NCBI GenBank assembly: GCA_043826455.1
Contig: JBDRQD010000048.1
Location: 96,001 to 160,000 of the forward strand
Direction: 5' to 3'
Source of the DNA: Candidatus Bathyarchaeota archaeon
Lineage (GTDB): Archaea > Thermoproteota > Bathyarchaeia > TCS64
DNA: 64,000 nucleotides
In this document: positions 30,254-39,519 of the stretch, in pieces
Layout of the letters: every line of letters starts with the position of its first letter
Numbering within the stretch: the first letter of the stretch is position 1
Position numbers and translations under genes: made by a program
Notes under the pieces: model-generated
What the model saw: the letters and a program-made list of their open reading frames with translations, nothing else
Told to the model about the DNA's origin: nothing
Databases searched by the model: none

Positions 30254-30919
30254 TTGGTCCCCCGGGCGTCCCTCCTGAAGGGCGTAGCTGAGATAATAGT
30301 GCGTGTCACGAGGAGCCACCCAACAAGGGTGGCCGTAGACGGCGTGGACTCAGCCGGGAAGACCGTCTTCGCCGACGAGCTTAAACCCCTCATCGAGGAG
30401 CACGGGAGGGAGGCCATCAGGGCCTCCGTGGACGGGTTTCACACCCCCCGGGCCGCCAGGTACCAGAGGGGGCGCCTCAGCCCAGAGGGCTACTACATTG
30501 ACAGCTTCAACTACAGGGCGCTCCTCGACAACCTCCTCCTGCCTCTGGGTCCAGGCGGAAGCCTGGAGTACAGGGACGCTGTCTTCGACTACAGGAAGGA
30601 CCGACCCATCAGGGGGCCTGCGAAGAAGGCCCGCCCCGACGCCGTGCTCCTCTTCGACGGCGTCTTCCTCATGCGCCCCGAGCTAGTGGGCCTCTGGGAC
30701 CTGAGGATATACCTGGACGTCTCCTACGGTGAGATGGTGGCCAGGGGGGTGAAGAGGGACGGGGGCGACACGGAGACCGAGGAGCTCTACACCCAGAGGT
30801 ATGTGCCCGGCCAGAAGCTGTACCAGCTCCACTCCGCGCCCAAGAGGAGAGCGGACCTGGTGATCGATAACAACAACCCCCTGAACCCGCGGATCACCTA
30901 CATAAACCCCAACCTCTAA
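30254..30919 (+). CDS. uridine kinase-like P-loop kinase
   Basis: VAVDGVDSAGKT, DGFH, DGVFLMRPEL. Confidence 0.8.
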   Translation: MVPRASLLKGVAEIIVRVTRSHPTRVAVDGVDSAGKTVFADELKPLIEEHGREAIRASVDGFHTPRAARYQRGRLSPEGYYIDSFNYRALLDNLLLPLGPGGSLEYRDAVFDYRKDRPIRGPAKKARPDAVLLFDGVFLMRPELVGLWDLRIYLDVSYGEMVARGVKRDGGDTETEELYTQRYVPGQKLYQLHSAPKRRADLVIDNNNPLNPRITYINPNL

Positions 30920-30970
30920 TACCTAATACCCCGGAGCCGAGGTATTACTCCAATAATACCAGCCGTAATA

Positions 30971-32899
30971 CTATGGCAGGCCCGCGAAGTTTAGTAGCCT
31001 GAGTATTACGCCCCCCAGCAACACCGCAACCGCGATCTCCGTCAAGCTGATGATGGCCGCGTTCCTCGCACCGAACTCCTTCACCAGCGCCGCGATGGTG
31101 CTGATGCAGGGCACGTAAACCATCACCACGAAGGCGAACACGAACATCTGCACGGGGGAAAGGAAGCTGGCGAAGTCCGTTGAGCCCATCAAGAACCCCA
31201 AGAGGACGAGGGTTAGCTCCTTCCTGAGGACGCCGAAGATGAGGACCACCCCGGCAGCCGCGGGCAAGCCCAGCCACCCCACGGTGACGGGGCTCAGCGC
31301 CCCCTCCACAAGCCGCAGGAGACCGAGGGCCGCAGCAACCTGGATCACCAGGTTGCCCGCAACCATGATGGGGAAAGCCTCATAGATGAAGCCCCTGAGC
31401 CTGAACCACGTCCTCTGAGCCGTGGTGCGGAGGGAGGGCATCCTGTACCCAGGCAACTCCATGATGAGGCCCACCGGCTCGTCAGGGGCCACCCTGTAGG
31501 CCAGCCTACCCAGGACGAAGATGAGGATGAAGTCGATCAGGTAGAGAAGCAGCGCCCACCTGAAGCCCAGGTAGGAGGCCACCAGCCCCATGATGACGAT
31601 GCTGCGGGCGGCGCAGGGCACCAAGCTACCGACGAAGGCGCAGATGAGGCGCTCCCGCTCAGTCTCCATTATGCGGGCCCCCAGCACCGCGGGCACGTTA
31701 CAGCCGAAGCCCAACATCACGGGAATGAAGGCTTTTCCGTGGAGCCCTATGGCGTGCATGGCCGAGTCCATGAGGAAGGCAATGCGGGCCAGGTACCCCG
31801 AGTCCTCGAGGACCGATAAGGCCAGGTAGAAGGGGCCTATGTAGGGCAAGGCCACCACCAGGCCCCCTATGATGCCCTCAGCCAGGCCCCTCCAGACGAA
31901 CTCCGTCACCCCGTTCCTGCCAAGGCCCCCATAGTAGGCAACTTGGACAACGGCGAACGCCTCTCCGAGGAGCCCGGCGAGCCAGTCACCGAAGCTGAAA
32001 ATCGTGTAGAAGATGGCTAGTATGCTGGCCACCATGAAGACGTAGCCCATGACCCTGTGGCTGGTCACCTCCTCAAGCCGGTCACCCAGGGTCTTCTCAG
32101 GGACCACCACCTGGGTGCTCTCATCTGCCACGCGGCTGGCCAGGGCGTACCTCTCTGAGGCTATGACGCTCTGGATTTCGTGGCCGTGTATCTCCTCAAT
32201 GAACCGGACGGCCTCCTCAACCCTGGTCCTAACCTCTGGCTGGTCACCGTAGACGAGGCCTATTATCTCCGCGTCCCCTTCAAGGAGCTTTATGGCCACC
32301 CAGCGTCTCGGGTAAGAGGTCTCCACCTTGAGGCTGTCGCTTATCTCCTTGAGCCTGTCCTCAATCTCTGGGCCGTATACGGGGGGCCTAACAGGGGCTC
32401 CCTCAGATGCCTCCACTGCCTTCGACATGAGGTCTGTTAGACCCGCCCCCTTCACCGCCACCGTGGGGACGACAGGGACACCTAGAAGGCTGCAAAGTGT
32501 GTCGGGGTTTACTTTTATACCTCTGCTCTCGGCTACGTCAATCTGGTTGAGGGCCACAACCATCCTGGGCTCCAGCTCCATGAGCTGCACGGTGAAGGCC
32601 AGGTTCCTCTCCAGGGCCCCCGCATCCACAACGTTGACTATGACGTCGGGGCGCTCCACGGCTATGTACTCCCGGCTCACCAGCTCCTCGATGCTGTAGG
32701 TGCTGAGGCTGTAGATGCCTGGGAGGTCAACGACATCGATCTCTCTGCCCTCGAAGAACAGGGTGCCCTCAGCCCGTTCCACCGTCTTGCCGGGCCAGTT
32801 GCCAACGTGCTGGTGGAGGCCCGTCAACTCGTTGAAGATGACGCTCTTCCCCACATTCGCGTTACCGGCTAACGCGACAACAATCTTCTTCCCGGACAA
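30971..32899 (-). CDS. feoB: ferrous iron transporter B
   Basis: GNANVGKS, VGNWPGKTVE, DLPG, LEDSGYLAR, GFGCNVPA. Confidence 0.96.
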   Translation of the reverse strand: MSGKKIVVALAGNANVGKSVIFNELTGLHQHVGNWPGKTVERAEGTLFFEGREIDVVDLPGIYSLSTYSIEELVSREYIAVERPDVIVNVVDAGALERNLAFTVQLMELEPRMVVALNQIDVAESRGIKVNPDTLCSLLGVPVVPTVAVKGAGLTDLMSKAVEASEGAPVRPPVYGPEIEDRLKEISDSLKVETSYPRRWVAIKLLEGDAEIIGLVYGDQPEVRTRVEEAVRFIEEIHGHEIQSVIASERYALASRVADESTQVVVPEKTLGDRLEEVTSHRVMGYVFMVASILAIFYTIFSFGDWLAGLLGEAFAVVQVAYYGGLGRNGVTEFVWRGLAEGIIGGLVVALPYIGPFYLALSVLEDSGYLARIAFLMDSAMHAIGLHGKAFIPVMLGFGCNVPAVLGARIMETERERLICAFVGSLVPCAARSIVIMGLVASYLGFRWALLLYLIDFILIFVLGRLAYRVAPDEPVGLIMELPGYRMPSLRTTAQRTWFRLRGFIYEAFPIMVAGNLVIQVAAALGLLRLVEGALSPVTVGWLGLPAAAGVVLIFGVLRKELTLVLLGFLMGSTDFASFLSPVQMFVFAFVVMVYVPCISTIAALVKEFGARNAAIISLTEIAVAVLLGGVILRLLNFAGLP

Positions 32900-32909
32900 C
32901 GCCTAAACC

Positions 32910-33671
32910 TCAGCTTTCCTGTCTTGGTGCGTGGTGGGGGCCGTGGGGGTGGCTGCGCTCCCAGGGTCTTCCATCCTCCTCTACTTGTACGAAGACCTGT
33001 GCTGCGAGGTGCCGGCCCAAGGCCAGGCTTGTGCCCCTTATCTCAATCTCTACTGGCCCCTTGAAGGGTGCAGCGTTCACCATCTTGACGTAGGTGTTTG
33101 GGGTGAGCCCCATGTCTATTAGGCGCTGGCACGCCTGTTTTCCGCCTCTCATGAAGGCGACTCTACCCTTTTCACCGGGCTTCAGGTTGGAGAGCTGGGT
33201 GATGAGGGGGTGCTCCTCCCCCGCCTCTACCCGCATCTCCTCGCACTCACTACAGCTTTGAACATCCAGGTTACACGGAGGAATAGGGTCATCATCGGGG
33301 CAGGTCTCAGGGTTGTTGAGGGCCTTGCAGAGGGCCGCCGCGGTCTCGTCGCTCATCCCGTGCTCCATCTTACAGGCCTCCCCGTGCACCTTGTCGTTGG
33401 GAAGTCCTAGGAAGTCGTGGAGGAACCTTTCCAGAAGCCTGTGTTTTCTCACCACTTTCTGGGCTAGAGCCATGCCTTTCCCTGTCAGAGTAGCCCCCTT
33501 GTAGGGCTTGTATTCTACAAGGCCCTCTTCTGAGAGGCGTTTGATCATCTGGGTGACGCTGGGGGGGCTCACCTTGAGCTTGTCCGATAGGTCCTGGTTC
33601 TTTGCTAGCTTACTTTTCTCGTTGAAGCTGTAGATGGCTTCCAGGTACTCCTCGACGCTCTCACTGCTCAA
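32910..33671 (-). CDS. DtxR/MntR metal-dependent regulator with C-terminal FeoA domain
   Basis: EEYLEAIY, RKHRLLERFL, EACKMEH; FeoA-like RLIDMGLTP..APFKGPV. Confidence 0.92.
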   Translation of the reverse strand: MSSESVEEYLEAIYSFNEKSKLAKNQDLSDKLKVSPPSVTQMIKRLSEEGLVEYKPYKGATLTGKGMALAQKVVRKHRLLERFLHDFLGLPNDKVHGEACKMEHGMSDETAAALCKALNNPETCPDDDPIPPCNLDVQSCSECEEMRVEAGEEHPLITQLSNLKPGEKGRVAFMRGGKQACQRLIDMGLTPNTYVKMVNAAPFKGPVEIEIRGTSLALGRHLAAQVFVQVEEDGRPWERSHPHGPHHAPRQES

Positions 33672-33680
33672 TCCGATCAG

Positions 33681-33700
33681 AATTTAGGTGAGCCTAAATT
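33681..33700. promoter_or_regulatory. DtxR/IdeR-type operator
   Basis: perfect palindrome AATTTAGG-TGAG-CCTAAATT between the TATA-like TTTAAAT (33707-33701, minus) and the regulator start; matches the TTAGG..CCTAA DtxR box. Confidence 0.85.
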
Positions 33701-33717
33701 ATTTAAATGTTTGTCTC

Positions 33718-34761
33718 TTATCCCAGAACGTAGCTGAATCTGGGGACGTTTTCTATGCCGCCTTCGGTGCGGAGGTCGGTGGTTTCATCGATGTCTTCGT
33801 CTTCGGTCATGGCTTCCAGGAGCTCGAAGTAGGGGTTCATGGTGTAGACTCCTGTTTTTCTCCAGGTCATCCACTCGTTGCTGAGGACGCCGTGGACGCT
33901 GGCCCAGCCTTCCGGGTGGAGCTCGTAGTAGAGCTGGCGGATGTCTTTGCGGCCTTCTTCTCGTAGGGTCTCCATGATCATGCGTCTGGCCTGGAACACG
34001 TTTATGTGTAGCTGTGGGACGTTGCGGTCCTGGTCCATGGGGTGCGTCTCCACGGCTGTGCGGGTGAGGCGTATTACGCTGTTCTTGGGTGGCTGGTATA
34101 CTCGGTCCATGTAGACGGCCATGTCGCGGAGGCCTCGGCGGCTGCTGACGAACATGGCCTCGTTCTCGCCTAGGGCGAGGTAGCAGGGCTGGTGCCAGTT
34201 GCAGATGGTTATTGTTTCGGGTTCGTCGGTGTGGATGGCTGCCAGGAGGAAGAAGCCTTCCAGCTTGGGTGCTATGGCTTGGAAGGCCTGGACCATGTTT
34301 TTACCGGTGGCGAGGGCGTCGCCTAGCATGTGGACGGCTACCTCGCTGTCGGTGATGTCGTCCACCTTCCCGCTGTGGCTCTTGAACTTGTGGGTCTTCT
34401 CCAGCTCCTTCCAGAGGTCCCGGTAGTTGGTGATGGTGCCGTTGTGCATCAGGGCGAGTTTGCCGTCGTCGCTGGTGAAGGGGTGGGCGTTCTCGTCCAG
34501 GTTGTAGTCGGGGTTGTCCCGGGCGTTGTCGCTGTACCTGCTGTGGGCGATGGCGCAGGTGCCCTTAACCTTGGTTATGTTGGGCTTGGCCTTCATGACG
34601 TGGGCGACGGGGCCGGCGCCCTTGACCACTGTGATTTTGCCTCCGTTGACGGCGGCGATGCCTGTGGCGTGTCCGCCGTAGAGGGCCTCCTGGTACTCCA
34701 GGGCGTCCAGGAGTAGGGGGGCGACGGGGCGTCTGCCCGTGTAGGCTGCTAGCTGGCACAT
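33718..34761 (-). CDS. class II (Ntn) glutamine amidotransferase domain protein, paralog A
   Basis: Cys2 (MCQLAAY), AHSR, NAHPF, MHNG, TDSEV. Confidence 0.85.
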   Translation of the reverse strand: MCQLAAYTGRRPVAPLLLDALEYQEALYGGHATGIAAVNGGKITVVKGAGPVAHVMKAKPNITKVKGTCAIAHSRYSDNARDNPDYNLDENAHPFTSDDGKLALMHNGTITNYRDLWKELEKTHKFKSHSGKVDDITDSEVAVHMLGDALATGKNMVQAFQAIAPKLEGFFLLAAIHTDEPETITICNWHQPCYLALGENEAMFVSSRRGLRDMAVYMDRVYQPPKNSVIRLTRTAVETHPMDQDRNVPQLHINVFQARRMIMETLREEGRKDIRQLYYELHPEGWASVHGVLSNEWMTWRKTGVYTMNPYFELLEAMTEDEDIDETTDLRTEGGIENVPRFSYVLG

Positions 34762-34795
34762 GTCGGGTAATTTCTGTGGGTGGCCGGGTATAGAC

Positions 34796-34866
34796 TTTGC
34801 GGAGGGTGACAGCTGCAGGGTAGAATGTGAAGCGTTTTTTGGATTGGGTTTGGATAAATCCTGCTA
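34796..34866 (+). repeat. imperfect direct repeat, left copy
   Basis: TGACAGCTGC-N5-AGAATGTGA core shared with 35560-35627. Confidence 0.7.
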
Positions 34867-34890
34867 GGTTTGTTTCAAGGAGGAGCTTTA

Positions 34891-35157
34891 TTAGCCGTCT
34901 TTCTTAGGCGCTAGTCCAGCTTTCCGTATCTTTGTCTTGATCTCCTCGGGCAGGGTCTTCCACACCTGTGGCATCTCATCCCAGTCAAGCATCTCCCACC
35001 ACTCGGGCTTGGATAGCACCAGCTTTCCTTCCAATATCTCGACCTTCAGTATCTCGTCGTCCCCGAAGGGAAATTCTGGGTCGTTGAGTAGCTCTTGTTT
35101 TAGGTATAGTCTTGCCCCGGACTTGTTGAAGTGTTTTAGCTGGGTTGTTGATATCAT
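34891..35157 (-). CDS. small AbrB/SpoVT-like DNA-binding protein
   Basis: ARLYLKQELLNDPEFPFGDDEILKVEILEGKLVL swapped-hairpin pattern; GGAG SD. Confidence 0.6.
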   Translation of the reverse strand: MISTTQLKHFNKSGARLYLKQELLNDPEFPFGDDEILKVEILEGKLVLSKPEWWEMLDWDEMPQVWKTLPEEIKTKIRKAGLAPKKDG

Positions 35158-35272
35158 CCACGTCTCTCCATTGACTTAGCATTATAGTATATTTTTAAAT
35201 ATTATCTTTTTTTCCATAATATGCCCATTACTTAGTATTAAATATATTTATTTGTAAATATATGTTGCTGGT

Positions 35273-35533
35273 GTGGAAGTAGACGCCAAGATTATTAGTG
35301 GGGTGACCGCGGGGCTGCTGGCATTATATGAGGTCACGAACGGCTCGATCCATGCGCATGTTCCGGAGCCTGCTTTTAGAAGAAAACTTGGTAGAGATTA
35401 CAAGCAGCACTCCTCGAGGATACTTAAATGGTTTAAGAGATACGGTTTTGCTTACATTAATGGCGGCACGGATTCGTGGGCCATCACTCAGCAGGGGATT
35501 GATTTCCTGATGAAGCGGAAACTGGTGCCTTAG
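35273..35533 (+). CDS. small winged-helix-like hypothetical protein
   Basis: ILKWFKRYGFA..WAITQQGIDFL wing motif. Confidence 0.55.
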   Translation: MEVDAKIISGVTAGLLALYEVTNGSIHAHVPEPAFRRKLGRDYKQHSSRILKWFKRYGFAYINGGTDSWAITQQGIDFLMKRKLVP

Positions 35534-35559
35534 GGTTTCTGTGTCGGACGAGTTTAGTT

Positions 35560-35627
35560 TTTGTGGGAATGACAGCTGCGTGGAAGAATGTGAGCTTATT
35601 CGGGTTAGATTTAGATATTATTTAGCT
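35560..35627 (+). repeat. imperfect direct repeat, right copy
   Basis: same core as 34796-34866. Confidence 0.7.
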
Positions 35628-35652
35628 AATTGGCTATTACTCGGGTTCAGTG

Positions 35653-36612
35653 TTAACCCATAATAATTTGGCTTAGCTTGTCTGCGTCGATGCTTCCACC
35701 TGTGAGAACGCAGACGGTTCTACCTCTTTCCTCTTTGGGGGTCGATAGCGCCGCTGCGAGGCTTATGGCTCCTGCTCCTTCGGCGACCAGCTTGTTCTCA
35801 AGGGCGAGGAACCGGATGGCCTTCTTTATCTCCTCCTCTGAGACCAGCACCACGTCGTCCAGTGTCTCCCTCACTAATTTCAGCATGTCCTCAGTGACAG
35901 GGTCGTTGATAGCGTCTGCGATGGTGTCTCTTGTCTCATGAGGGACAACCCGGTTCTGCCTCAGGCTCTCATAGAACCATGGAGAGAGCTCAGCGTTGAC
36001 TCCGATGACGCGTACGTTGGGGTTCAACGCTTTGGCTGCGAGGGCTATGCCGGAGGACACGAAGCCTACTCCCAGGGGAACGTAGATTGTCTCGGTTTCG
36101 GGTGCGTCCTCCATCACCTCGAGGCCGATGGTCCCGTGGCCGTCCAGTAGACGGAACTCGGCTAAGGGGTGGAGAAAACAGTAGTCGCTGGGCAGGTTGT
36201 CGAGGTACTCGAATAGCTCTTTCATGGACATCAATATGATCTCCATCCCGTACTTTCTGCAGGACTCGATCTTTGACCTGGGTGTGTGGTCCGGCATTAT
36301 TGCCCGTGAGGGTACGCCGTAGAGGTTGGCCGTGTATCCAAGTCCTTGGGACATGTTTCCTGCGCTCATGGTCGACAGTCCTCTCCTCCTTTCCTTTGCT
36401 GGCAGTTGAGATGCCCAGTTGTAGACTCCTCTGATCTTGTAGCTGCCTACGGGTTGCAGCATCTCGGGTTTAAGGAGTATCCCTGTGTCCTCCTCCCTGT
36501 ATCGTCTCAGCGGTATGAGGGGGGTGTGTAGTGCGACTCCTTTGATGCGCTCTGCCGCTTTTCTGAAATCTTTCAGGGTGGGTCTGTGAGAACTGGGAGC
36601 TGGATTGACCAT
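35653..36612 (-). CDS. threonine/serine dehydratase family PLP enzyme
   Basis: KPEMLQPVGSYKIRG, SAGN, AEGAGA. Confidence 0.88.
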   Translation of the reverse strand: MVNPAPSSHRPTLKDFRKAAERIKGVALHTPLIPLRRYREEDTGILLKPEMLQPVGSYKIRGVYNWASQLPAKERRRGLSTMSAGNMSQGLGYTANLYGVPSRAIMPDHTPRSKIESCRKYGMEIILMSMKELFEYLDNLPSDYCFLHPLAEFRLLDGHGTIGLEVMEDAPETETIYVPLGVGFVSSGIALAAKALNPNVRVIGVNAELSPWFYESLRQNRVVPHETRDTIADAINDPVTEDMLKLVRETLDDVVLVSEEEIKKAIRFLALENKLVAEGAGAISLAAALSTPKEERGRTVCVLTGGSIDADKLSQIIMG

Positions 36613-36708
36613 GGAGATTAATGTTTGCTAAGTTTAATGATGTTTTCTGAGAAAGACCGTAGTGCGCCTCTCGGAGACCGAGAAAAGGTATCAATAGCGT
36701 CGGCTGCT

Positions 36709-37266
36709 CTAGCCGCGGGATAGAAGATGGTCGTTGACCCTGCTGTTCACCAGCTGGGGCGTGATGTCCATCATCATGGTGACTCCGCCCGAGTCCACCG
36801 ACACGGTCCTGTACCCCAGGTTCTCCCAAATCCTGCGCAGCGGCCTCCCCGCCTGATCGTACTCCTCCGTGGTGAACTTCACGGCCCTGTACCCGGCCTC
36901 CAGCAGGTAAACCATCTCCAGGACAGCCAGCACAGTGCCTACCCCCTTCCGCTCCACGAGGGTGGCCGAGCTGTCAGAGAAGTACACGCCCGGCTCCTCG
37001 TCCCGGTACCCGAAGTCGTATGCCACAGGCTCCCCGTCCAGCTCCACCATGAGGCAGAAGAACCCAGGCTTGTCCACCCTGGCCCGGAGCTCCTCGCCGG
37101 TGTACCAGAGCTCCGCCCTGAACTTGACGTGGTCGATGGCCGCGATCTTCTCCAGGAGCCCGTCGTCCAGGTGGGTGTGGGTCGAGATGCTGGCGTCCCC
37201 GCCTAGAGAGCCGCTGAGCCTCTTCTCAGCGTACATCACCACATCCCGGAGAGAAGGAGCCTGCAT
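36709..37266 (-). CDS. GNAT-fold hypothetical protein
   Basis: ERKGVGTVL and WENLGY motifs. Confidence 0.6.
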   Translation of the reverse strand: MQAPSLRDVVMYAEKRLSGSLGGDASISTHTHLDDGLLEKIAAIDHVKFRAELWYTGEELRARVDKPGFFCLMVELDGEPVAYDFGYRDEEPGVYFSDSSATLVERKGVGTVLAVLEMVYLLEAGYRAVKFTTEEYDQAGRPLRRIWENLGYRTVSVDSGGVTMMMDITPQLVNSRVNDHLLSRG

Positions 37267-37379
37267 ATTCCATATTTGCTTAACCGAAGATGATATCAAT
37301 TTATCGAGCAGCGAACACGGGCACAGGCCCCGCGAATGTATCCACCTAGCCAAGCTGGCTGTTAAAAGAAAAAGGGGGG

Positions 37380-37682
37380 TTAGATGCGCTCAACCTTGAA
37401 GATGACGGGCCGCACCCCGTCCGCGCAGCACGTCACCGAGGTCCCCTTCTCGCTGAAGAAGGGCAGGTCGCCCCCGTACCACAGGGTCCGGAGGTTGGGG
37501 TATATGGTCTGCCATGCGGAGCCGCAGAAGCCCTCAGGCATGGCCAGGCTGTCTAGGATGTACGTCTGGCCGTCCGTGTAGATGTCGCAGGGCTCCATCC
37601 AGTCCTGGCGCTCCACAGGGAGCTCCTCGAATATATCGTCGGGGTCAAGGCGCTTGACCACAGTTATCTTCAGCTTGGTCAT
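37380..37682 (-). CDS. TIGR04076 family protein
   Basis: PEGFCGSAW, CCADGVRPVIFKVERI. Confidence 0.85.
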   Translation of the reverse strand: MTKLKITVVKRLDPDDIFEELPVERQDWMEPCDIYTDGQTYILDSLAMPEGFCGSAWQTIYPNLRTLWYGGDLPFFSEKGTSVTCCADGVRPVIFKVERI

Positions 37683-37737
37683 TGCAATTAGGTATCTTGG
37701 GGCCAGCCATAAAAAACATGGGTTCCGCTGACCGAGC

Positions 37738-38769
37738 CTAGAGGCCCCACAGGACCCTGGGGACGGTGACGCCTCCCTCCGTCCTGTGCTTGACACTGCG
37801 CCTGATCCTGCCCCAACGGGCAAGCTGCTCCAGGGGCTCGAAGAGGTCGTTGGCGTCGCCGTAGCCCAGCCTTACCAGCGTCCTCCAGGCGTCCTGTTCG
37901 ACGCCGTAGGCTTCGCCGTAGCCTTTTCTGAGGAGGGGGATGAGGAGGTCGTAGCTGTCCAGCTCGCCCTTCTCCTCTAGTAGCCTCTTGACGTGGCTCT
38001 CGAAGATGGCGATGTCTAGGGTGAGGTCGGGGAAGCTTCTCCCGGCGTCCAGCTTGGTTATCTCTGCGTCTCCGGGGGTCAGCTTTATGAGGCTGTTGCT
38101 GGGGGCCCTGAAGACGTTGAACGCGTCTCTGAGGTGGCTGAAGCCGACCCTGCTGCTGGCGAACATGGACTCCCCGTCCCCGACTCCCAGGTAGCAGGGC
38201 TGGTTCCAGTTGGCTATGTAGACGGCGTTGGGCTCGCTGCTGGTCACGGCCCCCAGGAGGACCATGCCGGTGAGGCTGTTAGCTGTTGCGCGGAGCGCCT
38301 CCGCGAAGGCGGCGTCCTCCTTCACCTTGTCGCTGAGCATGTGGACCGCGACCTCGCTGTCGGTGATGTAGTTCAGCTCCTCCACCAGGCTCTCGAAGAC
38401 GTGACTCTTCTCCAGCCTCCTCCAGTGCTCCTCGAAGTTGCTGATTACTCCGTTGTGCATCAGCACAGCGGACCCGTCCTCGGTGAGCCAGGGGTGGGCG
38501 TTCTGAGCCAGGTTGCAGCGGCTGTCCTTGAGGGCGGCGGCGCTGTGCCTGCTGTGGGCTATGCCCGTGGACCCCTTCAGTGAAGCTATCTCTGTCTTCT
38601 TGACCACCTCGTCCCCGGGGCCGTTGTCCTTGATCAAACGTATCTTTCGGCGGTGGATGGTGGCTAGGTCGGTGGCGTGGGCCCCCAGGTACCCTTCCTG
38701 CAGTCGAAGGGACTCCAGGAGGATGGGGGCGGCGTCTCTGCTTCCTACGTAGGCTGCGAGCTGGCACAT
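37738..38769 (-). CDS. class II (Ntn) glutamine amidotransferase domain protein, paralog B
   Basis: MCQLAAY, AHSR, NAHPW, MHNG, TDSEV; colinear with 33718-34761. Confidence 0.85.
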   Translation of the reverse strand: MCQLAAYVGSRDAAPILLESLRLQEGYLGAHATDLATIHRRKIRLIKDNGPGDEVVKKTEIASLKGSTGIAHSRHSAAALKDSRCNLAQNAHPWLTEDGSAVLMHNGVISNFEEHWRRLEKSHVFESLVEELNYITDSEVAVHMLSDKVKEDAAFAEALRATANSLTGMVLLGAVTSSEPNAVYIANWNQPCYLGVGDGESMFASSRVGFSHLRDAFNVFRAPSNSLIKLTPGDAEITKLDAGRSFPDLTLDIAIFESHVKRLLEEKGELDSYDLLIPLLRKGYGEAYGVEQDAWRTLVRLGYGDANDLFEPLEQLARWGRIRRSVKHRTEGGVTVPRVLWGL

Positions 38770-38812
38770 GCGGATAGGGAAAATTCAGGAAGCTATAAAC
38801 TATTGGTTGCCT

Positions 38813-38832
38813 TCCAGGGTGATCCAGCCCTT
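38813..38832. repeat. exact 20-bp duplicate of the ilvH 3' end (att-like)
   Basis: TCCAGGGTGATCCAGCCCTT identical to 39524-39543. Confidence 0.85.
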
Positions 38833-39022
38833 TATCCGCTTAACGATCTTGGGTGCCCCCCGGTCGCCGGGGGTCAGCTTTCTCAGGGTACACGAGTATT
38901 TCACCGACCAACCACCCAACACAGTCGTTTAAAGAGACGCATATAAGTACACACATAGTAAACAGTTATGGCTACATAGGAATGATTATATCCACATACC
39001 ACACTCATATCTACTGATAGAA

Positions 39023-39298
39023 ATGGTTAAGACGTTAAAAGATAAACCCGCCAACTTCATCCCCTTTGTACGCAAAACAGGGAGAAAGCTCAGAGATGCC
39101 ATCATAATGTTCATTGACACCAAAGAATCCACCCTGGTAATAGAGAAAGACGAGATATCTATGTTCAAAGGCAAAACATACGATAACAAGGTATCAGTAT
39201 GCATCGGCTCAATCAAAAGGATACTCAGAAAGAGACAGAATGAATTCATAATAGGCACAAACCACGACAAGACCGAGATATACATAGTAAGAATTTAG
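39023..39298 (+). CDS. small basic hypothetical protein in AT-rich islet
   Basis: 91-codon ORF in A/T-rich DNA; atypical codon usage. Confidence 0.5.
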   Translation: MVKTLKDKPANFIPFVRKTGRKLRDAIIMFIDTKESTLVIEKDEISMFKGKTYDNKVSVCIGSIKRILRKRQNEFIIGTNHDKTEIYIVRI

Positions 39299-39519
39299 CC
39301 ACAATCCATCTCTTTTTAAGCACATAATACGCGCAGATGCGTAACCCCAAGTGGTTTACGTGACCTTTAGTACCTGTTTCTAGCCTATTCTAGGCATAAT
39401 AGGTTAATCTATACAGGGGCTCGATGATGTCTCTGAGCAATGCTGTGTATCTGCTAGGAACCTCAATTGGGACCGGCTTTGGCACTGGACGATGATAAAA
39501 GGGCGGCGGGCCCTCTGGC

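Noticed and set aside
38855..38875. GC hairpin CCCCCGG-TCG-CCGGGGG as an ncRNA
   Set aside because: Single hairpin at the islet edge with no recognisable SRP, RNase P or C/D-box features.
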